A stretch of DNA of 64,000 nt from Patescibacteria group bacterium. GTDB taxonomy: Bacteria > Patescibacteriota > WWE3 > UBA101185 > UBA10185. The notes beneath the pieces were generated by a model, which saw only the letters and a program-made list of their open reading frames with translations, was not told where the DNA came from and made no database searches. Where the stretch lies: NCBI GenBank assembly GCA_026004595.1, contig BPJL01000002.1, positions 65,431-129,430 on the forward strand, written 5' to 3'. Position 1 is the stretch's first letter; each line of letters opens with the position of its first letter. Position numbers and translations under genes: made by a program. Below, in pieces: positions 44,020 through 53,277 of this stretch.

Positions 44020-44313
44020 TTAGTCGGGATCAAATCCCTTTGAAAGGAAAGTCTTTCTTTCTGTAACCGGGATGTAATTTGCGGTCTGCAGCTCTTCAAG
44101 AGTAATCTCTCGGGGTTCCAGATTCTCTAGATCATCTCCAAGAGCGTAAAGATTTGGCCCAATGCGCTGGACCATGACGCAATTTTCAATTCGGTTTTCA
44201 AAACACATTGTCTCACGGTTAACAAACAGACCGTTATCTTTGTTTAAAACTATTGCATCCCGCGGGATATGAGATATCTGCCCATCTCTCAACAAACGGA
44301 TCGGTTTCTTCAT
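44020..44313 (-). CDS. Hypothetical small protein (about 97 aa from the MKKPIRLL start)
   Basis: GGTGG ribosome-binding site; same frame as the downstream gene but separated from it by a stop and its own RBS. Confidence 0.45.
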   Translation of the reverse strand: MKKPIRLLRDGQISHIPRDAIVLNKDNGLFVNRETMCFENRIENCVMVQRIGPNLYALGDDLENLEPREITLEELQTANYIPVTERKTFLSKGFDPD

Positions 44314-44324
44314 ACCACCTCTTT

Positions 44325-44543
44325 TTACCAGACAGAGAACAAGATGTGTGGTTTGTCTGTACACTTATTGTTCTGTTTCAAGACTGAAACAAAACGTCTT
44401 TGTTGGTTGGGACGGTCGGGTTCAAATACGATTTTGTTGGTTTCGGCAAAAACGATGTAGTCTTCGCTTTCAAATATTCCTACTGTCTGGCCCAACTTTA
44501 TGGCTTGTTTCAAATCTTCAGGACTGGCGAACACTACGCACAT
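44325..44543 (-). CDS. Hypothetical small protein (72 aa)
   Basis: First gene of the three-gene minus-strand unit. Confidence 0.4.
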   Translation of the reverse strand: MCVVFASPEDLKQAIKLGQTVGIFESEDYIVFAETNKIVFEPDRPNQQRRFVSVLKQNNKCTDKPHILFSVW

Positions 44544-44626
44544 TTTCTCTCCTCCTTTTCTGATTTTGATAGCTTGATTTCTAGCGGTAGTTTAGCAAAA
44601 AAGTCTGTTATAGTAAAATTGACAAG

Positions 44627-45058
44627 ATGTACTTTTTAACTACGGAATTTGGCCATTTAGCACTGTCTTTGGCGGCCGGATATGTTTGTTTCAGGCTTTA
44701 CAGACGGATGTCTAGTTGGGTTTTTTCCCTTATTTCGGGATTTTTGGTGGATTTAGATCACCTTTTTGATTATTTTGTGTTCAGGGGGCTGCAGTTTGAC
44801 CTGGGTGATTTTATTTCCAGTCGTTATTATCACGATACAAATCAGGTTTATATTTTACTGCATAGCTGGGAGTTGGTGGTTGTGCTTTGTGTCCTTTTCA
44901 TTTTTTCAAAGAAGAAGTATATCTTTTGCCCGTTGGTTTTGGGGCTAGCGCTGCACTTGGTTTGGGATCATCTGACGAATCCGGCGTATTGGCGTACATA
45001 TTTTTTGATCGGGAGGTACTTGGAGGGTTTTACCTTGGATAAGCTTTTTGCTTATTGA
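44627..45058 (+). CDS. Membrane-bound metal-dependent hydrolase-like protein (YdjM/DUF457-like)
   Basis: Transmembrane helices with GFLVDLDHLFDY and HLVWDHLTN His/Asp motifs. Confidence 0.45.
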   Translation: MYFLTTEFGHLALSLAAGYVCFRLYRRMSSWVFSLISGFLVDLDHLFDYFVFRGLQFDLGDFISSRYYHDTNQVYILLHSWELVVVLCVLFIFSKKKYIFCPLVLGLALHLVWDHLTNPAYWRTYFLIGRYLEGFTLDKLFAY

Positions 45059-45076
45059 TTGTAGTAAAATATACAG

Positions 45077-46126
45077 ATGGGAAAAGGGCAAGACTTACCG
45101 ACAGTTTCAATTTTAATACCTACCCTAAATGCCGACTCCGTGCTTGAGAATTGCTTAAAGTCTGTTTCTGAGCAAGATTATCCAAAAGAAAAAGTAGAAA
45201 TTGTCGTGGCTGACGGGGGTTCTTCTGATAGTACTGTTGAGGTAGCTAAAAAATATGGGGCAGTTATTGTTGAGAATAAATTAAAAACGGGCGAGGCGGG
45301 AAAGGCCGCTGCTTTGAAGGCCTGTACCGGAGAATTTGTGGCTTTGATAGATTCGGACAATGTTTTGCCGGATCCGGATTGGCTTAAGCAGATGATTAGA
45401 CCGTTGTTACAGCACCGGGAAGCTGTTGGGAGCGAGCCGTGGGAGTATGTCTGGAGAAAAGAGGACGGTTTTATTGACAGATACTGTGCAATGATAGGCA
45501 TGAATGACCCTTTAGTAATGTTTTTGGGAAATTATGACCGTATGAATTTGCTTAGCGGAAAATGGACAGAAGTTGATCATGAGGAAGAAGATTTTGGAGA
45601 TTATTTGCTGGTTGGGTTTGACAAGCGGGGCGTGCCTACGATTGGTGCGAATGGTACGGTGTTTAGGAGCGAGTTTTTGAAAAGCAGGGTTAGCGGTGAT
45701 TATTTGTTTGATATTGATATTTTGGCTAAAGAGGTAAAAGAGAAAGGATCCGTGAAGTTCATCAAGGTAAAAAATGGAATTGTGCATAATTATTGCGGTA
45801 GAGACATCGGCAAGTTTGCAAGGAAGCAGAGGAGGAGGGTGAGGGATTATTTGTATCATTTGAATGAGAAGAAGGATAGGGAGTTTGAGTGGGGGGAAAT
45901 AGATTTGGGCGGTAAGAGATCGTGGGGGCTTGTGAAGTTTGTTTTATCATGTGTATTGGTGTTACCCTTGTTAGTGCAAATGTTTAAGGGATTAGTTAGA
46001 AAAGTTGATAGCGCGTGGTTGTTTCACCCCGTAGCCTGCTGGGTTACGCTGTGGGAGTATGGGTTTGGGTGTATGGGCGGGTATTTTAGACGGGCTGAAT
46101 TGAATAGGGAGGGGTGGGGGCAGTGA
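45077..46126 (+). CDS. GT2 glycosyltransferase
   Basis: Starts VSILIPTLNADSVL, has VVADGGSSDST and IDSDNVLP. Confidence 0.85.
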   Translation: MGKGQDLPTVSILIPTLNADSVLENCLKSVSEQDYPKEKVEIVVADGGSSDSTVEVAKKYGAVIVENKLKTGEAGKAAALKACTGEFVALIDSDNVLPDPDWLKQMIRPLLQHREAVGSEPWEYVWRKEDGFIDRYCAMIGMNDPLVMFLGNYDRMNLLSGKWTEVDHEEEDFGDYLLVGFDKRGVPTIGANGTVFRSEFLKSRVSGDYLFDIDILAKEVKEKGSVKFIKVKNGIVHNYCGRDIGKFARKQRRRVRDYLYHLNEKKDREFEWGEIDLGGKRSWGLVKFVLSCVLVLPLLVQMFKGLVRKVDSAWLFHPVACWVTLWEYGFGCMGGYFRRAELNREGWGQ

Positions 46127-46947
46127 ATTTAGGGATTTCAGATAACTCAAATGAAAAGATAAAAGTAAATAGGAGTACGTCAGAAAACTGGGATGATTTA
46201 TACACACATGCCTTTTTGCCCCTTAATAAACAAGTTCCCGAAATGAAGAAAAAAATTGACGACTTATTCGAGATAAACCCAACGCTTCTTAGGCGTTTTT
46301 ACCCGCATTTGGATGCATATCTGGATAACTGTAAAGAAAGATCTAAGGGGCTGCTTGAAGTAGGTTGTGGCACAGGCATTTATTCTTATGTGATATCTAA
46401 ATTTGTCGACCCGAGCTATAAGCTTTACCTTCTAGATCATAGTGAAAAAGCATTGGAATTGGCAGCAAATCTTTTTAGAGGTAGAGAAAACACATTTTTT
46501 ATAAAAGCTGATATATTTGAGAAACCTTTAAGTTCTGGACCATACGACGCTGTAATCACGGGAGGATTGATCGAGCATTTTTCTCTCGAGGTTCAAGCAG
46601 ATCTTATCGCGTATTTAAAAACTCTATCTACAATTCAGATCCACCAATACCCAGTGTCGAACGGTGTGTATTGGTTGCAGAGACTTATAATTAGTTTGTT
46701 TAATAATTTTAGGTGGCCTTTCGGCTATGAGGTTCCACTAACCAGTAGTAGGATTGAGATCCTCTTCCCTAAAGTTTACAAATTTTATAGAGCTGGACTA
46801 ATCGATAGAATTTTATTCCGAAGTCTTGATTCGTATTTTTTGTCGAAGTTCTATAACTCCCTGTCAAGAAAAAAAACAAGAAACAAGCCGTTATTCTATT
46901 TTGACGAAACCCTGGTCGTTGTGGAAAGTCCGCTTGTGCGGAAATAG
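46114..46947 (+). CDS. Class I SAM-dependent methyltransferase
   Basis: LEVGCGTGIYS motif I. Confidence 0.7.
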   Translation: MGAVNLGISDNSNEKIKVNRSTSENWDDLYTHAFLPLNKQVPEMKKKIDDLFEINPTLLRRFYPHLDAYLDNCKERSKGLLEVGCGTGIYSYVISKFVDPSYKLYLLDHSEKALELAANLFRGRENTFFIKADIFEKPLSSGPYDAVITGGLIEHFSLEVQADLIAYLKTLSTIQIHQYPVSNGVYWLQRLIISLFNNFRWPFGYEVPLTSSRIEILFPKVYKFYRAGLIDRILFRSLDSYFLSKFYNSLSRKKTRNKPLFYFDETLVVVESPLVRK

Positions 46948-46955
46948 TATTAAAT

Positions 46956-49136
46956 ATGTTCACTAATGGGTTAATTGCTAATTCGGATACACAACTTGAA
47001 TTTGGATTTATTGCACAACTATATAACCATTTTTTTGTATGGAACGACCTGGATAATTTCGGAAGTAATCCGGGTGGCTATCTATTGTGGGGCAAAGTTA
47101 TTCAGTTTCTCTTCGCCCAACTTTTTGGTTATTCATATGCAAGTTATTTAGGGCTTGCTGTTATTGTATTTTTGCACTTGTTATTTAGCTACCAGCTGTG
47201 TTTAATATCTCTCCAACCGATTAGCCGAGGATTTGTTAGCACTCTTGTCAATATAATAACAGTAATAATCACCGTTTTAAATCCCCTTTTTGCGTATATG
47301 AGTGTTGTTAACATTACTATGTATTTGGGGTTTGTGCTAGCTCTTGGTGGCATAGTTTTTTATCTTAAATATATAGACAGCCCAAAGCTTACCTATTTGA
47401 TAGCTTCCTCATTGTTTGCATCTTTATCTATTGCAGATTTTCACTCGTTAGTTCTGTACCTTATTTTTGTAGCTCTTTCTGCATCCTTTTTGTACCTATC
47501 CGGCGATGCTGAGATAAGAAAAAGGATAGCTAAGAGTATACTAGTTGCCTTGTTGTTAGTTGCTTGTCTAAATTCTCATTGGATTTTTTATAACCTATAT
47601 AATTTGTTAACAGCAGAAAAATTTCTTATCAGTAATATAAATTTTAGTGAGTCAGTAAGTTCCGATGTTTTATTTTACTTAAATAATAAAAACCATCCCG
47701 GTTACTCTGTGTTATTAAACAGAAGAGAGCACTCTTTTTTTCAAAATGACATTTTATATCTAATAAATCTCGTTGTATCTCTTGTGGTAATCTTAATTTC
47801 CTTATCCTACCCACTATTTTCTAAAAAAAATGAAAAAATACTTCGTTTTTACTTGTTATTTGCTTTTATCTATGTGGTAAGTTTAACCATGGTCTTCGGT
47901 CCTAAAGGGCCATTTTTTTTATTTTCATTTGTTTACAATTACATACCAGGTGGTGTGTTGTTTAGAGATTTTTATAAGTTTTTTAGATTAATTTCAATTG
48001 CAGAGTTGGGTTTAATAACAATCTCCTTAAGTACACTAAATCGTAAGTTAGGGACAAAATTTATTTTCTTATTTCTGTCTTTTTTGTTAATACTTAGGGT
48101 GTTTACATATATGCCTGTTTTTAGATATATAAACCGGTATGATATTCCTCATGACTACGTACAAATAACGAGTCTTTTAGCTTCAGATAAGGATAATTTT
48201 CGTTATATCGTTTTTCCGTTAACAGGTTGGATGGTAAAATATACATGGTCAAATCAAGAGTATGATATGCAAGATCCCATTGCTTCGATGACCTCAAAAC
48301 CATATTTGTATAATCCCGTAGCATACAGTAATTCTCCCCAAACTTTATTTAACTTATCTTTGGAGAAAAAACTTTATTTCGATAAGGAAGCTTTTGCGAG
48401 GGACCTTCGTTTTGCGGGGATCAAGTACGTTTTATTAAGAAAGGATTTAGAGCCAGACCAGCTTTCCCAAATTTCTATAATCACTCGTAATCCTATGACC
48501 TTGCTTGATTGGAATTATATTTTTCCGCATCTGGAAGAAGCTGAAAATTTAAAAAAAATTGGAGAGACCGACAACCTAATACTTTATAAGGTTAAAGATT
48601 TCGACCAAAATTATTTGATTTATAGTATTGATAAAAACCACAAGCGAGTAGAAATTAAGTGGGTGCAGATTAATCCCGCATCATTTTTGATGGAGATAGA
48701 TGACGATTTGAGTATGGGTATAAAGGCTTACTTCATTGAGCAATATAACTCAAATTGGGTGTTGTTCAAGTTGGATTCTAGCGAATGCCAAGTGAATAAT
48801 TTTGGTCATAGTATACCGTACAGAGATATTGTTAAATATGTAACATCGAGCTTCAAATGCGATGTAAGCATAATATCGAATTATGCAAGAAACAGACTAA
48901 CTGGGAAAATTTCCAGAAGTAACCCTTCGGGTTATTTGCATGATGTTAATTTTAACAGCTGGGAGCTAGAAGACCAAAACAATGACTCTCCGAATTTGTA
49001 TGCAATTTTTTATGAGCCTCAATTTTTTTTCACGTTGGGATTATTAATATCTTTACCTACAGTCATACTGGCACTTTTATACCTAATATTTTATTCTTTG
49101 TGTAGTACTTTCTTAAATATTAAAAAATGTTTTTAA
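46956..49136 (+). CDS. Large polytopic membrane protein (726 aa), possible YfhO/GT-C-like transferase; lower-GC region
   Basis: N-terminal multi-transmembrane block, soluble middle domain and C-terminal transmembrane helix. Rich in Ile/Leu/Phe/Tyr/Asn; about 32% GC. Confidence 0.4.
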   Translation: MFTNGLIANSDTQLEFGFIAQLYNHFFVWNDLDNFGSNPGGYLLWGKVIQFLFAQLFGYSYASYLGLAVIVFLHLLFSYQLCLISLQPISRGFVSTLVNIITVIITVLNPLFAYMSVVNITMYLGFVLALGGIVFYLKYIDSPKLTYLIASSLFASLSIADFHSLVLYLIFVALSASFLYLSGDAEIRKRIAKSILVALLLVACLNSHWIFYNLYNLLTAEKFLISNINFSESVSSDVLFYLNNKNHPGYSVLLNRREHSFFQNDILYLINLVVSLVVILISLSYPLFSKKNEKILRFYLLFAFIYVVSLTMVFGPKGPFFLFSFVYNYIPGGVLFRDFYKFFRLISIAELGLITISLSTLNRKLGTKFIFLFLSFLLILRVFTYMPVFRYINRYDIPHDYVQITSLLASDKDNFRYIVFPLTGWMVKYTWSNQEYDMQDPIASMTSKPYLYNPVAYSNSPQTLFNLSLEKKLYFDKEAFARDLRFAGIKYVLLRKDLEPDQLSQISIITRNPMTLLDWNYIFPHLEEAENLKKIGETDNLILYKVKDFDQNYLIYSIDKNHKRVEIKWVQINPASFLMEIDDDLSMGIKAYFIEQYNSNWVLFKLDSSECQVNNFGHSIPYRDIVKYVTSSFKCDVSIISNYARNRLTGKISRSNPSGYLHDVNFNSWELEDQNNDSPNLYAIFYEPQFFFTLGLLISLPTVILALLYLIFYSLCSTFLNIKKCF

Positions 49137-49528
49137 CTCCGTTATTTTTATTATTTTTATTGGCTTTGGGACTTTTCTATTGGCTATATAAGGTTATAAG
49201 TTGTGGTAGGTACATCAAATTAGGTGAGTTGTTAGAGACCGGAATATTGAGTCTGATGATATTACTTTATCTGGGCCGTTTGATGGAAGGAAATGCTTAC
49301 AAATTTGTTATGTCTATTCTATTATTTTGGTTAGTGTTTCGAATAGTGAGTGGGGTCAGTTGGTTAATTTCATATATTATGCTTGCTTTATTGCTATTAC
49401 TATCCTTGGTTTCGACATTATTGGGTTCCGTTGCGTCTTCTGAGAATATTGCTTTGCTGTATCTTTTTGTTCTTTTTTCGTACTGCTTTAAACTATATAC
49501 AAATTTGAAAAAAACTGACAATCTATGA
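49127..49528 (+). CDS. Small hypothetical membrane protein (133 aa)
   Basis: Four transmembrane segments; overlaps neighbours; AT-rich. Confidence 0.4.
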   Translation: MFLTPLFLLFLLALGLFYWLYKVISCGRYIKLGELLETGILSLMILLYLGRLMEGNAYKFVMSILLFWLVFRIVSGVSWLISYIMLALLLLLSLVSTLLGSVASSENIALLYLFVLFSYCFKLYTNLKKTDNL

Positions 49529-50859
49529 TTTATGTAATAAACGGACTCCAGGACCCGACTTTTTTATATGTATTATCGAGAACAGGTATAATTTATTTTG
49601 GTCACCACACAATGTCTTGTTTCCCCTACTCCACCGTCATAGAAGCCTTTGTGGGTTTGTCCGGCAGTACGCAGCCATTACTAAGTTTAATTCTTCTTGT
49701 ATTTTTGCAACTATTTGGGACGTATTTTTTTATATTATGGCCTTTACTGGTTGTATTGCTAAATTTTCTAGTGTCCGAGTTTTTGTTTCGGAATTATAGG
49801 ATGAGTGTTTTCTATTCTCTAATATTGACCTTCTGCTCATATTTTTGGATAAAACTTGGGCTTCATATGGAGCTTATTGGGTTGTGGACCCTTGCTATGT
49901 TTATGGCTTTATTGGGTAAGGATTTTTTGCGGGAAGATAATAACAAACGACTATTACCTCATCAAAGTAGTGTACTTTTTATTGTTTTGACAGCACTCAT
50001 ATCGAATTACCTTAGTTTTATTGTTTTAGCGACGTATTGTTTACTAATTTTATCTTGGATTTGTTTGAGTGTGGGTCGGGAGAATTTTAAATATGAATTA
50101 TTTGCGCGCTCGGTGCTCACCATATTGTTTTCAGTGGCGATATTGTGTTTGGTTCTTATTCCCTTTTTAAGTAAAGTTTATCTTGGCCATGCTAATGGAG
50201 AAAACAAAGTAGAAAAATTTACCCGACCCTATGAAGACTTTATTACCTTCTCCCTCCGTCCATGGTACTTCTTTATACCTTCACCAAAAAATCCCATCTA
50301 CGGTGAGTTTTCTAAGACTATAACATCTAAAATAGAATCAACCGGCTACTTCCTGGCCGATGACTACTTTCCTGCCGAGCACTCCGCAGCCTTTTTTGGT
50401 TATTTGTTTTTGATTACTTTCGCTGGTTGTCTAATTTACGGTTACAAAAAACTTGATCCTGAGACAAGAAAAAGAGTAAACGTTTATCTACTAACCACAA
50501 TTCTTCTTGTCTCATTCACAATGCCCCCTTATTTCACGATATCTGGCTTAAAGATATACACCCCCGGACATCTTATCGCTGTTTTATTCCCGATGTTCCG
50601 TGTAACAGCCAGGTTTAGCCCCATGATACTTCTGTTCATGCTCATGATAATGGCAGAAATAATAAATGTAATCCATATTAAACACCAGAAGTTCTTTAAA
50701 ATATTCATGCCTATCCTTCTCGTAGTAACGCTCGTTGAAACATTCGTCCCATTCAAAATAACTAAATATGATAAAGTACCCCGAACCCTATGTTTATATG
50801 GGTCAGCAAGAGCCCATGTCTATAAAGTATATGGTTTATCCATATTCAAAATCAAATGA
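49525..50859 (+). CDS. Polytopic membrane protein (444 aa), O-antigen polymerase/GT-C-like
   Basis: At least ten transmembrane segments; AT-rich. Confidence 0.4.
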   Translation: MIYVINGLQDPTFLYVLSRTGIIYFGHHTMSCFPYSTVIEAFVGLSGSTQPLLSLILLVFLQLFGTYFFILWPLLVVLLNFLVSEFLFRNYRMSVFYSLILTFCSYFWIKLGLHMELIGLWTLAMFMALLGKDFLREDNNKRLLPHQSSVLFIVLTALISNYLSFIVLATYCLLILSWICLSVGRENFKYELFARSVLTILFSVAILCLVLIPFLSKVYLGHANGENKVEKFTRPYEDFITFSLRPWYFFIPSPKNPIYGEFSKTITSKIESTGYFLADDYFPAEHSAAFFGYLFLITFAGCLIYGYKKLDPETRKRVNVYLLTTILLVSFTMPPYFTISGLKIYTPGHLIAVLFPMFRVTARFSPMILLFMLMIMAEIINVIHIKHQKFFKIFMPILLVVTLVETFVPFKITKYDKVPRTLCLYGSARAHVYKVYGLSIFKIK

Positions 50860-51047
50860 AAGCCTTTTTTTGGCTTCCCGATCACAAGCAGTGTCTCATG
50901 AATGTTAGAGATTACCGCTACGAGCAGGTATCGGCTGAGGAGTTAACCCTAAAATTGTTTGAACCTGGAATGCTGGATCAGGCTAAAAGCTTGGGGGTTA
51001 CCCATGTTTTGGTTTTTCCAGCCAGAAAAATTATATTGGTCAACTGA
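50856..51047 (+). CDS. Small hypothetical ORF (63 aa), possibly a gene remnant
   Basis: Overlaps the upstream stop; no recognisable domain. Confidence 0.25.
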   Translation: MKAFFWLPDHKQCLMNVRDYRYEQVSAEELTLKLFEPGMLDQAKSLGVTHVLVFPARKIILVN

Positions 51048-51237
51048 GTTCGTTGGCAAGCCCTTGAAGCTTGTAAAGTCTTTCTCAGATTCCGCTCTTT
51101 ATAAAATCAGATAAGGGTAGTAAATAAGTTGTCTATTGATTAATGAAGCGCCAAAAATTGCTAAGATGGTGTGGTAGGTTGTTTACTATATATAGATAGT
51201 GTAATTTCATAAACCACATGAAAATCTAAGCTTATTA

Positions 51238-52420
51238 AAGACAAAAAAAACAGTTCTACTCATATGCCCCCTTCTCCCGCCCCAACGTTGGAGGTGTAGA
51301 AACACATCTTGATAGGCTCATAGAATATCTGGGAACAAAGGGATACTATTCCATTTTAATTGACTTATCAACCTTTAGGCCACATCCCCTAAAGGGAGAA
51401 AAGCTGGAAAAGGGCAAAAACTACCAGATACACAGAATGCAGTGGTTCGGAATAGGGCTTTTTGACCAGTTGGAAAACAAAGTTTCTTCTTGTTTTTCTC
51501 TATGTTTTTCCAGGTCTATTCCTACAATCAATTCTTTTCTACATTAAAAAACCACAAAAAAAATAAATGTGATACATGCCCCACGGTCTTGTTGCCGCAA
51601 CGATAGGAATGTTCTGCAAATTTTTTGCATAAAAAAAAGAACAGTCGTAAGCACCCACGCTATATATATGTTTGAGAATAGAAAATCTATTCTCCGATTT
51701 TTAGTAAAAAACATTTTAAGGTTCTATGACAAAATAATTGCCGTTTCCGAAGTTTCTAGAGACGAACTAATTAAAATTGGCTTGCCGAAAGACAAAGTCA
51801 CGTGTTATAGAAAACTGGGGTGAACACAGATATTTTTCATCCAATTCCTAAAGAGAAAATATCTGTAACCTCTGATAAAAAAATAAACTTTCTAATGGTT
51901 TCTAGATTTATTGAAAAGAAAGGAGTTTTAACTTTACTCCAAAGCGGCGCAAAAAAATAAAAGACGCCAATTTTTATTTGGTAGGCGGGGGACAGCTTGA
52001 GGATCAGATTAGAGAATTAGCCTTATCCAATGAAAACTTGAAATATATCGGTATATTAAACCAGGATATGCCGGAACAGCGTCAAAAGCTGGTTGATCTC
52101 TACTCCCCTTGCAGATTACTTTGTCTCACCCTATCTTTACGACGAAGGCTATTCCATAACGCTTTGTGAAGCCGTTTCATGCGGCACAAAAAACAGTAAT
52201 ACCCAAAAGGGGCTCACCCCCCCACTTTTCTATCTGACGAAGTGGCCATTTTTATGCCCCGCAGAGATAAACGAAAAAATTCTTATCAGCACGCTTTCTG
52301 AATTGACCAAAAATCCTAAAACCGAAGAGAGCATAAAAACTTGCAGAGAATACGCCTTGAAGCACCTAGGCTTTTCGAATGCGCAGATAATTCTTGACGC
52401 ATACGAAAAAGATGAATGAA
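51238..52420 (+). pseudogene. Decayed or frameshifted GT4 glycosyltransferase
   Basis: Fragments in three frames give recognisable GT4 motifs in the right order: FYSYAPFSRPNVGGVETHLDRLIEYL, KIIAVSEVSRDELIKIGLPKDKV, INFLMVSRFIEKKGV, FYLVGGGQLEDQIRELA and YDEGYSITLCEAVSCGT. There is no in-frame start codon after the upstream TAA, and the region has multiple stops and shifts, several at A7/A8 or C7 runs. Confidence 0.55.
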
Positions 52421-52494
52421 GAAATAAAAAATAAACTTGAAAAGATTTTGTCAAAAAACAGGCGACCCTCAATTTCCGCCGCCGGGTTTTAACT

Positions 52495-53211
52495 ATGGTT
52501 GAGTATCTTGATGTACAGCCCGGTGAAAAAATATTAGACATGGGATGCGGCGAGGGGTTTTATTCTATGATATTTGATGAGCTTTACCAGTGCGAGATAT
52601 ATGCTGTAGACTGCGATCCCAAAATTTTATCTTTAGCTCGCAAAAGATTGGAAGGCCGAGGACAAATAAAAATAGAGGAAGGGGACATAACATCTCTAAA
52701 ATTCCCCGATAGTTATTTTGACAAAATAGTATGTACTGAAGTGTTGGAGCATGTAACTGAAGATGAAAAGGCGATAAAAGAGCTATATCGAGTGCTGAAA
52801 CCCGGAGGAACCATAGCCATAACCGTTCCCAATAAAAACTATCCCCTTCTTTGGGATCCTTTAAATAAGATACGCGAAAAGCTGGGTTTAGGCCATTTTA
52901 GCCCCCACAGCGGCTTTTGGGGCGGTATTTGGGCAAAAGACCATAAAAGGTTGTACCTTCCGCAGGACCTAAAGAAGCTGGTTGAAAACGCCAATTTTGA
53001 GACGAAAGATTTAAGGGTTTTGACACACTACGGAATCCCATTCAACCATTTAATACTTTATTTAGGAAAGACCCTCTACACCCGGTTTCCTGTTCCTGAA
53101 AGTATGAAAGTATCTATGGAGAAATTTGATTGGGAAAAAGACTCTGGAAGTAAAGGGCTTCTACCAGTGCTGATTAATGCCTTCTTCGTACTACTTAAAA
53201 AAAATAGATGA
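52495..53211 (+). CDS. Class I SAM-dependent methyltransferase
   Basis: ILDMGCGEGFYS motif I, VLEHV motif and LKPGG motif. Confidence 0.8.
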   Translation: MVEYLDVQPGEKILDMGCGEGFYSMIFDELYQCEIYAVDCDPKILSLARKRLEGRGQIKIEEGDITSLKFPDSYFDKIVCTEVLEHVTEDEKAIKELYRVLKPGGTIAITVPNKNYPLLWDPLNKIREKLGLGHFSPHSGFWGGIWAKDHKRLYLPQDLKKLVENANFETKDLRVLTHYGIPFNHLILYLGKTLYTRFPVPESMKVSMEKFDWEKDSGSKGLLPVLINAFFVLLKKNR

Positions 53212-53277
53212 AAAGAACGAAACCATATTTCCTTTGGACAAGTCAACTATGGCTGTGGCTTTAAAAGCAATAAAAAA

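Noticed and set aside
44610-44626. TTGACA hexamer at 44618-44623 as a -35 element for the 44627 gene
   Set aside because: It lies only 3 nt from the ATG, too close to function as a -35 for that gene. It might be read on the other strand for the minus-strand triad, but this is unproven.
51050-51240. AT-rich gap examined for a tRNA, a repeat or an integrase attachment site
   Set aside because: No tRNA-like T-arm (GTTCGAATC-type) and no direct or inverted repeat pair could be recognised by eye. Nothing there can be supported.
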